Positions 42,161-52,760 of a stretch of DNA of 64,000 nt are shown piece after piece. Positions within the stretch are counted from its first letter, which is position 1. Each line of letters starts with the position of its first letter. The notes under the pieces were generated by a model. That model was given only the letters and a program-made list of their open reading frames with translations, did not search any database and was not told the DNA's origin. Where the stretch lies: the NCBI RefSeq assembly GCF_009914755.1, contig NC_060937.1; one strand, written 5' to 3'. The stretch is from the human T2T-CHM13v2.0 reference genome, Homo sapiens. Made by a program: the position numbers and the translations under genes.

Positions 42161-44324
42161 GAGCAATTACCTTTATTCTCACCTTTCCCAGTAATAAAGT
42201 AGCTTCTGAATTTGAAATGTTATGCCAGAAGATTAAGACTTCAGGAAGACAAAAACCAGCAAGGTAATTTGATCTTTCCACCTTCAAGTTTGAGTCATGG
42301 ACTGCAGAAGACTACAATCAGACAGGGCAACATTTTAAAATAAATGTCAGTAACAGCTGTGGATTTTCTACTGGCAATAAGCCAAGTAGGTGTGAAAGGC
42401 AGAAAAATTTGTGCACCTCAAGGTGCATGATCTTCAGAGTTATAATTTGTTATGCTCAGATAACTGAGGCACTGATGGAAAAGGATTCATTTTTATAACA
42501 GTACTTGGAAATTTTTCAAATTGATGGAATATTTCCCTTTCTAATCTAATTCTATTTAGCTGTCCATTGTTTGCTGCATTTTTGAAATGAAAGCAAAATA
42601 GAAACACATTAGCAATATTCTCTGACTCTTTTAATAGTCTCTTTCCATCTGTTTCTGGTCTCAGAAATAGCCATCATAAAATTCATACCTCACACTCTTG
42701 TCAATTTCATATTAGTTTTCCGATGAGAAAAGTAAATAATTTCTTATACTGTAACTGCTTTGTGTTCTTTTTAATTGGACAAAGTATATGGGGATCTTCT
42801 GATTTGTCTCTTTTGTGTGTTTCTCTGACACACATACACACACATGCACATACACAGCTTTGACAGAAAAATATTAAAAGCAAGAGGTCACTAACTGTGT
42901 AATCAACATGACATATTTGATCAGTCAAGAGGTACTACATAGAACTTAAATGCCCAATCTGGTATTTGGATTTTGGTTATAATCACAGATTACTTATTTT
43001 CTTGATTTTGTATATGTCTGTTGTCAGGACTTAAGAAATGAGACCCAGCCACAAGCTACAAGACGTACATCTGAAGAATTTTGTCTACTTAAATTACAGG
43101 CATTCTTCCTTGAAAAAAAATTCTGATGGACAGAACAATACATTTATGATCAGAATTTAGATAAAAAGTAAATGTTCCACTTTAATACTGAGTTATCTCT
43201 TTGGATGAATATAATTTTATTCCTTGTCTCAGTGGTCATTGCAATAGGCAGTATCAAGACAAGTCTACTGAATGGGCTATCATTTATGCATTATAATGTA
43301 GTTTGGATATAAGATGCTAACATTCATTTTGGTTTAAAAGCTGTCTATAGCACATAAACGAATTTTTTCCTCAATTAATTATGTCTTGTCTTGACCTTTT
43401 AAACAGACTCAAAATTGCACAACCATATTTCAAGGCCATCTTTTTTTAAATATACACTTCCTGCTTTAAAAAATTCAAGTTTAAAGTGTTAATTTATCAT
43501 TATCTATTCTCTTTGTGTTTTGGAGAAAACAACTTTTTAATTCTCCCTTAGAAAACAGCACATTAATTCAGGAGTCTCCCTATGAAATATCTTATCATAG
43601 TCTAAACTTCTTTATGAGTAATATAAATGCAAAACACGAACCTGCCACATCTCATTGATTCTCTTTCTTATTTCTCTTGACCTCTATGTGCTTCAGTATG
43701 TGCTGCCACAAATCAAAAATTCCTAGAGCAAAACTTTTCTGCAAGAGTAAAATAAAATGAACAAAAAGGAGGAAGCCCATTTTTAGGTCATATCTTAGGT
43801 ATACTGTTTTTCTCTACAGAAAATGCACACATATTTTTTTCTCTGATTGTATATTAGTGTTATCAAAAATTGCCCCTAAAATCAGAGCTAAACTACTATA
43901 GATGTCTTTTAAATCTTTTTCTGAATTGTGTGCTATGCTTCAGTGACAAATCAGTCATTTTGTTGACTCTGGTTTGACAAGCTTTGGAGAAACTAGAGCA
44001 TTCTTTTAGGATTCAGAGTGAAGATAGTGACTGACTGATTAAGTTATTTGCTCTTCAGAGATCTGCACTGAAGATACCTTTTACTTAAAGTAGATTGTTT
44101 TGTTGTTTTGCCTTTATGACCAAGGCAAGCCCTAGAATAGACAGTCACTTCGGTTTTTTCCTAAATAGCATAATTTTTTATCTAAAACATCAATTCACAT
44201 GTCCTTATAATAAATATCGAAAGCCATTGGAAATTAGATTCTTATTAAAAGCAAAAATGAATATTGAGCATTGATGAGAAGTAAATGCGTCCCTTCCACT
44301 ACTACCTCCAAGAAAGTATTTCTT

Positions 44325-46300
44325 CATGCATTCATCAAACATATACTGAGCATCTATTTGTTCCTATCTCAGTACAATACCCAGGAATTAAACGATAATA
44401 GAGCAGACTGTTAAGAGGGCAGAAGGTAAATAAATAATTCAATTATAATTATTAGAAAAAAGTATAATAAAATATTATAAATGAGAGCAGAAATTATATA
44501 CTTTTATACTAGCTACTTTCTATGCACCAAGAACTACACAGACCGCACTGTAATCTGCACATATTTCATTGAATCATCAATACATCTCGGTAATATCAAT
44601 ATGATTATTTTGATGATTTAGAAGAAACAATTGAGGATGAGAGAACTTTAGAAAATTGAAATATGGTTCTTGACTATCAGGTGATAGAATCCAAATTGAG
44701 TTACTCCAAACCTCATATGTTTTTTTCATTATACTTGAAAGCTAAGTAAGCCTGGAATGTTCACAAAGGACTTGGCAGAAAAGACGACGTGTGATCCAAG
44801 ACTTGAGGATAACCAGGATTTTCCTATATGGTTAAGGTGTTAAAGGACATTCCAGGCCATGGGAACAGCTTATGCAACAAAAGCAAGTGCTATATTTAAG
44901 GATCTGTGAGTTATGTGTAGTTCTGGCTGTGTTTGAAGTGAATTTCTGAAGGGAACTGTAGTGTAAGAAGTTGGCAGGAAATGTCAGAGATGGTTGAGGT
45001 TGTTGTTTTGTTATAAGAATGACAGTGGAAAAACATATTTTTATTAGGAACTTACAAAGAAATACAGATCAAGATTGGGGGAGGGGGGCAAGAAGCATAC
45101 TGTAAGTTATCTGACCATTAAAGTTGGATGGAATTAGGGCAGCAACAGAAAGGAAGGCATGGTACAGAAAAATAAAAACATGTTTTTATTTTTGTTTTTG
45201 TTTGTTTGAGAGTTTGAGAAGCACTGATTGGGCTGATTTAGTTCCTGATTTTGTATGAGTGTTGAAGGAAAGGAGAGAATGAAGATACTCAGGCTCCTAC
45301 GTTTGGGACTGCATAAATCTTGCAGCCATATCATAATGTGAATTTTTTTTTTCTTTTTTTGAGATGGAGCCTGGCTCTGTCGCCAAGGCTGGAGTACAGT
45401 GGCGCGATCTCGGCTCACTGCAAGCTACGCCCCCCGGGTTCAAGCGATTCTCCTGCCTCAGCCTGACCAGTAGTGGGAATTACAGGCGCCCATCACGCCC
45501 GGCTAATTTTTTTTTTTTTTTTTTGTATTTTTTTAGTAGAGATGGAGTTTCACCATGTTGGCCAGGATGGTCTCTATCTCCTGACCTCGTGATCTGCCCG
45601 CCTCGGCCTCCCAAAGTGCTGGGATTACAGGTGTAATCCCATGCCTGGCCACCACGCCTGGCCACACAATATGAATTTTTAAAAGAGGTAAAAGGAGGTT
45701 AAAATTATTAAATCATTTTGCGCCATGCTTTATGTTTGATTACATAAAGCACCTGTAAAGTGAAACAACAACAACAACAACAAAAGAAACTAGACCCTGA
45801 AGAGCAAAATGTTTAAGCTGTGAGTAGGGGAGGAGAAACTATCAAAAGAATAATTTAAAAAAGGCAGGGAGAGACAAGAAGAAATTTCTTAGAAGTGAAG
45901 CATAAAAATATTTTCCAATAGGAATGGTCAACAACATCACATACTATTAGAGTGTCAAAAGAATGAGAAGCAACATAGGCCATCTGATTTAGCAAAATAT
46001 GGTAAATGCTTCCGTAAGATTATGGAAAAGTCTTAAATGTGGTGAACATGGTTAAGAAGTAGGATGAAACCAGTACCTTCATAATACATGCTGGAAAGTA
46101 CATCAGATTTGTGAAAATAAAGGCAGATAAGGTGGTCTATTATATTAAATAATTTGCATAGCAAAAGGAAAAAGCTAATAGGTGAGAAGGCTTAGGGGAA
46201 AGTGCAATAACATAGAAAGATTTTCACTGTTTGTGGTCTTTTATGCTGAGAAAGATTTAAATACTTTTGTACTCTGTAGAGAAGAAACCAGAGGATGAGA
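44325..46300 (-). mobile_element. Fragmented L2 with an inserted MIR (about 44510-44710) and an Alu
   Basis: catgcattcatcaaacatatactgagcatcta; ggacattccaggccatgggaacagc; gaatggtcaacaacatcacatact. Confidence 0.6.
45343..45664 (-). mobile_element. AluY/Sc-like element with a rearranged 5' end
   Basis: ctgcaagct, ggatggtctc diagnostics; TSD cataatgtgaatttt/cacaatatgaatttt. Confidence 0.93.
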
Positions 46301-46304
46301 TAGA

Positions 46305-46405
46305 GTAGAAAGTAAGGAGGAAGAAAGGAAATGAGAGAGAAAGGGAAGGAGATAAGGGAAGAAAAGAAGGAGGAAGGGAGAGCGAGAGAAAGAGAGAGAG
46401 AGAGA
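46305..46405. repeat. Purine-rich (GA/GGAA) low-complexity tract
   Basis: Direct reading. Confidence 0.8.
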
Positions 46406-47029
46406 CTGATGCTATGTGAGAGACATTAAGCTAAGAATTAAACTCTCAGATAAGGCATTGTGGGATGGCATCCAGAGGCAAATGGAGATGATCCTGGAAA
46501 GAAAAGTAAACGAGGGAAATTTCTTGTTCTAAACCCAGAGGAAAGAAACATAAATATTGTAGCTTTATTTTCTCTCTTGTTTGAAAGATGGTCATCTGCA
46601 GAGGTAAAATGACCTGCAGACCGAGTAGGAGTTTGTGAAACTGTGAATGGCATATGCAGTCATTGGGATGAGTGAAAGAGGAGGAACCAGGGACAAATAT
46701 GGCATTCCCTTATAAACAATTCAGGTGAAATTAGAGAGTATAAGTTCCTTTGGTATTCACCCTTGGGCACAGATCAAATGGTTTGTCTTTGTTGGCTCAG
46801 GGATAGTTACCTTGAACATGAAATACGAGTTGAACAGGAACCAGACTAAGCTGCTGAAGGAAAAGGTAACATTTTTCTCCCTACTCAATTAGTAATCAAA
46901 ATGAATCCACATAATATAAGTAGTTTATCTCCACATGGTTTTCATGATATCCTTCGATGTATTCATGAAGAATTTAGCATCTATCAATTTCATTTTAGAT
47001 GGGAGATTATCTCTTAATTTTAACTCCTG

Positions 47030-47492
47030 AATATTTTTTACCTCATCTATGTGCACATTCCCCCTTCCTGATGAGCCACATCGGGCTTCTTGATTTTTTA
47101 CTTTCCGTTTTTAGGACTTTGTCTAAAATCTTCTTCACACACATTCTGCTCCTTCTCTTCACCTTTTACTTTTCTGCTCATCCGTCACTTCTACCAAGTA
47201 GCTTTCCTGAAGCATCCAAGTTGAAGCTGTTCAACATTCTTGAATATGCTCACACCTCACCTGTGTCACATTCTAGCTTCTTACCCAATTTTATTTACTT
47301 TATATTATTCTCTGAAATCATGTTATTATATACTAAACCAAGTTCATTATTTTGCTTTTTTATTGGCATGAAAGTTAACTTCATAAATGGAAGGATTTTG
47401 GACAACTTATTCACTAATATCTGTAGTCCCTAAAATAGTGCCTGACAAATAATATGGCTCAAAATATTGCTAATGAAAAACTGAATGGATTG
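47030..47492 (+). mobile_element. L2 3' end
   Basis: ttattcactaatatc...aatagtgcctgacaaataatatggctcaaaatattgctaatgaa...tgaatgga. Confidence 0.65.
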
Positions 47493-48182
47493 GAGAAACA
47501 GAAATTGCCTGAGAATGTACTTCTGGCCTGACTGTGCAATCAGCTGCATCACAAAGAAACAAAGAAGAAGAAAGAGGAACAGGAGCTAGAGCAGGAGGAG
47601 GAACAATGATTAATTACAGATTGCTGTTTCAGGCATGTCCTTTGGGCAATTTTTATGCATACACAGAGAAAAACAATCTCCAATACTATTCTGTAAAAGT
47701 ATTAGAAAGAAGACAAGTAGGTTAAAAACAGTTATACTGGAGTGATAGATCAATTTGCATCTTGTGAACCTCAGTATTTTTGTAGATTATTTTTTAAAAT
47801 TTAGTAAAACAAATATGTTATCAAAAGTTTCAATAAAAACTTTATGTGGTTTTACTTTGATGTCGAGTAAATATCTGACTTTATTGACTTCTAACTTTCC
47901 AAGATATTCAAATTTAATTAATTATAAGACATTTAAATTTAATGAAATATCACCATTAACTTTTTAGAGGAGATACTATAGAAATTCCAAATTATATTCA
48001 TAAAATAAGTTGTTATCTGTTCATTGCAGAAAATTGTTTTCTAAATATTATTAATTTATTCAATTGAAAATGAGCTATGTTAAGAATAGATCAAAAATTT
48101 GGCTTAGTAGACTACAACAAAATATAAAAGCTACTTTGCTATAATAATTTAATAAAATTTACTTTCTTATCCCTTTTGATAC

Positions 48183-48632
48183 TGTCAGGCCTCTGAGCCC
48201 AAGCCAAGCCATTGCATCCCCTGTGACTTGCACGTATAAGCCCAGATGGCCTGAAGTAACTGAAGAATCACAAAAGAAGTGAATATGCCCTGCCCCACCT
48301 TAACTGATGACATTCCACCACAAAAGTGTAAATGGCCGGTCCTTGCCTTAAGTGATGACATTACTTTGTGAAAGTCCTTTCCCTGGCTCATCCTGGCTCA
48401 AAAAGCACCCCCACTGAGCACCTTGCGACCCCCACTCCTGCCCGCCAGAGAACAAACCCCCTTTGACTGTAATTTTCCTTTACCTACCCAAATCCTATAA
48501 AACGGCCCCACCCTTATCTCCCTTTGCTGACTCTCTTTTCGGACTCAGCCCACCTGCACCCAGGTGAAATAAACAGCCATGGTGCTCACACAAAGCCTGT
48601 TTGGTGGTCTCTTCACACGGACGCGCATGAAA
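48183..48632 (+). mobile_element. HERV-H solo LTR7 (450 bp), LTR7up-like
   Basis: tgtcaggcctctgagcccaagcc...cacggacgcgcatgaaa; perfect 5-bp TSD GATAC (48178-48182, 48633-48637); retained CpGs. Confidence 0.97.
48496..48573 (+). promoter_or_regulatory. LTR7 TATA box (48496-48502) and AATAAA (48568-48573)
   Basis: TATAAAA and AATAAA at the expected U3/R positions of LTR7. Confidence 0.75.
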
Positions 48633-50289
48633 GATACCCCCATAATACAAACATTCTACATAAAAATATGAATACAGCTTTGTTTTGTCCTTTAACAAAC
48701 TTGAACTATTCTGCATGGAATTGCAGAAGTACAGCATATAAATTCTGGCAAGTTCTTGAAATTTGGAAATAACATGAAACCATGAAGATTTTCCTAATGT
48801 GGTGAAAAGAACACTTCAGCCAAAATAAGATCACATTTGGCAGTCACTTTACAGAAGAAAAGAGCTCTTGAAAAAGGTCTGCAACGCACTTTCTATGAAA
48901 CAGGTAGGTATTTGGTTCAATATTAGTTCTGCGTATATTCCATATTGCATATCATTCTCTAGCTGTTCGAAGTTAAAAGTAAAATCTCTTTTATCCCATA
49001 TTTTGAACTGAGTTTACCTGGGACAAGCTAACACGTCCATTTTAAATATACTGTATTTTCTAATTTTCTTGTACCACAAGTCTTTTTGTTTGGTTTGTTT
49101 CCTGTAAATCTGTTTTTCTAAAAATACATCCAAAAATACAGGTTTTTTAATATAAATACATTATAAAACAAAACATAAACAACAAATACAGAATTTACTT
49201 AGGTCACAGTACTAAGAAATGTTGTTAACTCAGGACAATGGGCACTGCATTTAGTCTTAAATTTAATTAATTCAAATCATGTGAATACTCATTGCTACTA
49301 CCTAATTCAAATCTATGAGAAAGGAGGCAAATAGATTAAACAAGTAGAATTTTAATTTAATTAATGGATCAATTTTAACTTTAAAAACCTATAATTTATA
49401 TCATAGAAATATGGAGAAAGAAGTTAAAGGGAAAACACAAAATGTTTCAAAGCAAAACCACAAACAAACTGCATAAAACAATATAGAAATGTTAAAATAA
49501 AATATGCCTATGAAAATGTTTCTTTCAGAGATTATAGTATAAACATTTCCAATTGTTAGCATTTGATGTAAAATTATGGAACTGAAATAATTTAAAGAAT
49601 TTACAGTGCATTTTCAATATAACCTGAAATGTATATAAAACAAAAACACATGCATTGTCTTTTCAGTTTATCCTCTCAAGAGCACTGTTAGTTGAGGCAT
49701 ACTTTTAGATCATGAAGGAGAGTGTTCTGGGAAGTCACTTCTTCAAGTATGGAAAGAGGTTACAGTTAGAACGTAGGACAGCCAGCTTTTTAATTCATAC
49801 ATTTGTATAATCAATCATTCATGTATCAAAGGTTATATATGAATACCCGTTATATGTCAAATATACTACATTGAACATGAGAGATTCTGCATATAATTCT
49901 TGCTGTTATGCAAATTAAAACACATTTTAAAATTAATATTGTGATAGTATTCTGTAAAGAAAAAGAGGAAGCTGAGTATTTATAGTGAGAAAAATCTAGT
50001 GTAGCTTAGGTCAGCAAAGACTACCTAGAGAAAACAACAGTGTTTATTCTATGCATGATGTATTGGATTTTCCACAGCTTTTCTAATTTCATGTATTGTG
50101 TTTCATTGTATGCCAAGATTTTCAAGGCATGAGTCCTAATTTTGGCTTAAGAAAATGATGACAGTCTTGTCACTTTACTATTAAAACAAAATGTGTGCAG
50201 AAATGTCTCAGGACACATTTTATTTGTACATACAACCCCTACCTTTGACTAAATAAATGCTTCTTCAGATAAATATTTCAACTTTTAAA

Positions 50290-52261
50290 TCTGATAAATT
50301 AATTCAGGAAAGTTTCAGGATAAAATATTAATGTACAAAAATTAGTATCATTTTTATATACCAATAATGATCAAGCTGAGAATCAAATTAAGAAGGCAAT
50401 CTGATTCACAATAACAATAAAAAAATAAAATACCTAGGTATATATCTAACTAAGGATATATTTAATTGAAAAATCTTTGCAAGGAAAACTAAAAAACACA
50501 GATGAAAGAAATTGTAGATTGACATCAACAAATAGAAAAACATCGCATGCTCATAGATTGAAAAAAATTAATATTGTTAAAATGACCATAAAGCCCAAAG
50601 CAATCTCCAAATTCAATGCAATTCCTATCAATATACTAACATTATCACAGAATTAGAAAAAACAATCCTAAAACTAATATGAAACCAAAAAAGAGCCTGA
50701 CTAGCCAAAGCAATCCTGAGTAAAAAGAAAAAAGCTAGAGGCATCACATTACCTAACTTCAAATTATACAAGGCTATAGTGACAAAAAGAGCATGGTAGT
50801 GATATAAAAATAGACACATAGATTAATGAAACAGAACAAAGAACCCAGAAAGAGAGCCACATATTTATAGCCAACTGATCTTTGACAAAGTTGACAAAAT
50901 CATGTACTGGGGAAAGGACAGCCTTTTCAATAAATGGTCCTGGTAAAATTGGATTGCCAAATGCAGAAAAATAAAACTGGACTCCTATTGTTCATGATAT
51001 GCAAAAGTCAATTCAAGATGGATTAAAGAGTTAAACATTAGACCCGAAACTATAAAATACTAAAAGAAAACCTGGTGAAAACTCTTCTGGACATTGGCTT
51101 AGGCAAAGAATTCATGACTAAGACCTCAAGAGTATAAGCAACTAAAACAAAAATAGGCAAATAGGACTTAATTAAACTAAAAAGCTTCTGCATGGCCAAA
51201 GAAATATCAATAAATTGAACAGACAAGCTGCGAAATGGGAGAAAATATTTGCAAAACTATGCATCCAACAGGGGACTAATATTCAGAATTTACAAGGTTC
51301 TCAAGTAACTCAACATCAAAGTAAAACCACATAGCCCTATTAAAAAGTGGGCAAGGGATGTGAATAGACATTTTTCAAAAAAAAAAAAAAAAACCTAAAA
51401 ATAGCCAACAAACATATGAAAAAATGCTCAACATCACTAGTCTTCAGAGAAATGCAAATTAAAAGCACAATGAGATATCATACCAATCAGAATGGCTTTT
51501 ATGAAAAAGTAAAAAAATAACAGATGTTGGTGAAGAAGCAGAGAAATGGAATTCTTATGCACTGTTCATGGGAATCTAAATTAGTATAACCTCTATGGAA
51601 AAGAGTAGGAGTATTTCTCAAGAAACTAAAAACAGAACTATGATTTGATCCAGCAATCCTACTACTGAACATCTACCCATAAGAAAATAAATCATTACAT
51701 TAAAAAGATATCTGCACCAGTATGTTTGTTGCAGTACTGTTCACAATAACAAAGGTGTAGAAGCAACATAAGTGTCTATCAATGGATGATTGGATAACAC
51801 ATATATACATACATACATACATACATACGTAAAAATAGCAAAGATGTGGAAGTAACGTAAGTGTCTATCAATGGATGATTGGATACACATACATACACAA
51901 TGGAATACTATTCAGCCACAAAAATGAATAAAATCATGTCTTTTGCTGCAACATGGATGGAACTTGAGTTCATTCACTTGAATGAAACAACTCAGAAACA
52001 GAAAGTCAAATACCACATGTTCTCACTTTTAGTGGGAGCTTTAAAAAAAATTTGTGCACATGGACATAATGTGTAGAAAAATTGACATCAAAGACACAAA
52101 AAATGGGAAGGTGGGAGTGGGGTAAGAGATGAGAAATTAATTAATGGGTACAATGTAAATATTCCGCTGATGGTTACCCTAAAACTCACACTTCACCACT
52201 ATGCAATATATCAATGTAACAAAACTTCACTTTTACCTCTTAAATTTATACAAATATTAAA
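50290..52261 (+). mobile_element. L1PB3/4-like LINE-1, 3' 2 kb (decayed ORF2 C-terminus and 3'UTR)
   Basis: ORF2-derived motifs (ccaactgatctttgacaaag, gacattggcttaggcaaagaattcatgactaagacc); 3'UTR gggtacaatgta...cttcaccactatgcaatatatc; many stops and frameshifts. Confidence 0.92.
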
Positions 52262-52559
52262 CATCAAGATTTCAAAATAGGGTTAAATTACAAAATACCT
52301 GCTGTTGTTGTAGTGAGATAAAGTTATTTCCAGAAGAATACAGCTTAAGCTGTTTCATTATTACTGAAAACTAAGATGAGGATGAGACAAAAGTGGAAGT
52401 TTGGAATGGAACAGTAGGAAGGAGGGCAAATTGTACATATTTCAATAATAGGCACAAGTTCAAAATGCATTGCAGAGTTCTCGAATGTTCTCTACATGTG
52501 AACTAACCAAGGCTGATCTAATTAAAACCAACTGTGTACTTAATGCACGGAAAAGGAAA

Positions 52560-52760
52560 GGACAACAAGGTATGGAAAGTTTGGGTTCTAATCTTAGCTC
52601 TACCATTTACTAATTAAGTGATTTAATTTCTCTAAGCCTCAGCTCCTATCTTATAGAATGGAGAAAATAGCATATAACATTTCTGGGAAAATTTCATGGC
52701 ATAAAATGTATGACTGCATTTTGAATATAGAGGTGTAAAATGATTCTAAAGCATTAATAG
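52560..52760 (+). mobile_element. MIR
   Basis: tgggttctaatcttagctctaccatttacta...ttctctaagcctcagctcctatc. Confidence 0.7.

Noticed and set aside
46999-47433. 144-aa hydrophobic ORF
   Set aside because: Pyrimidine-rich L2 remnant giving Leu/Phe/Ser bias; no domain similarity that I recognise
48185-48772. Short ORFs over LTR7
   Set aside because: LTR sequence with no internal HERV-H genes; the TSD shows a solo LTR
50290-51930. L1 ORF2 as a functional CDS
   Set aside because: 5'-truncated with many stops and frameshifts
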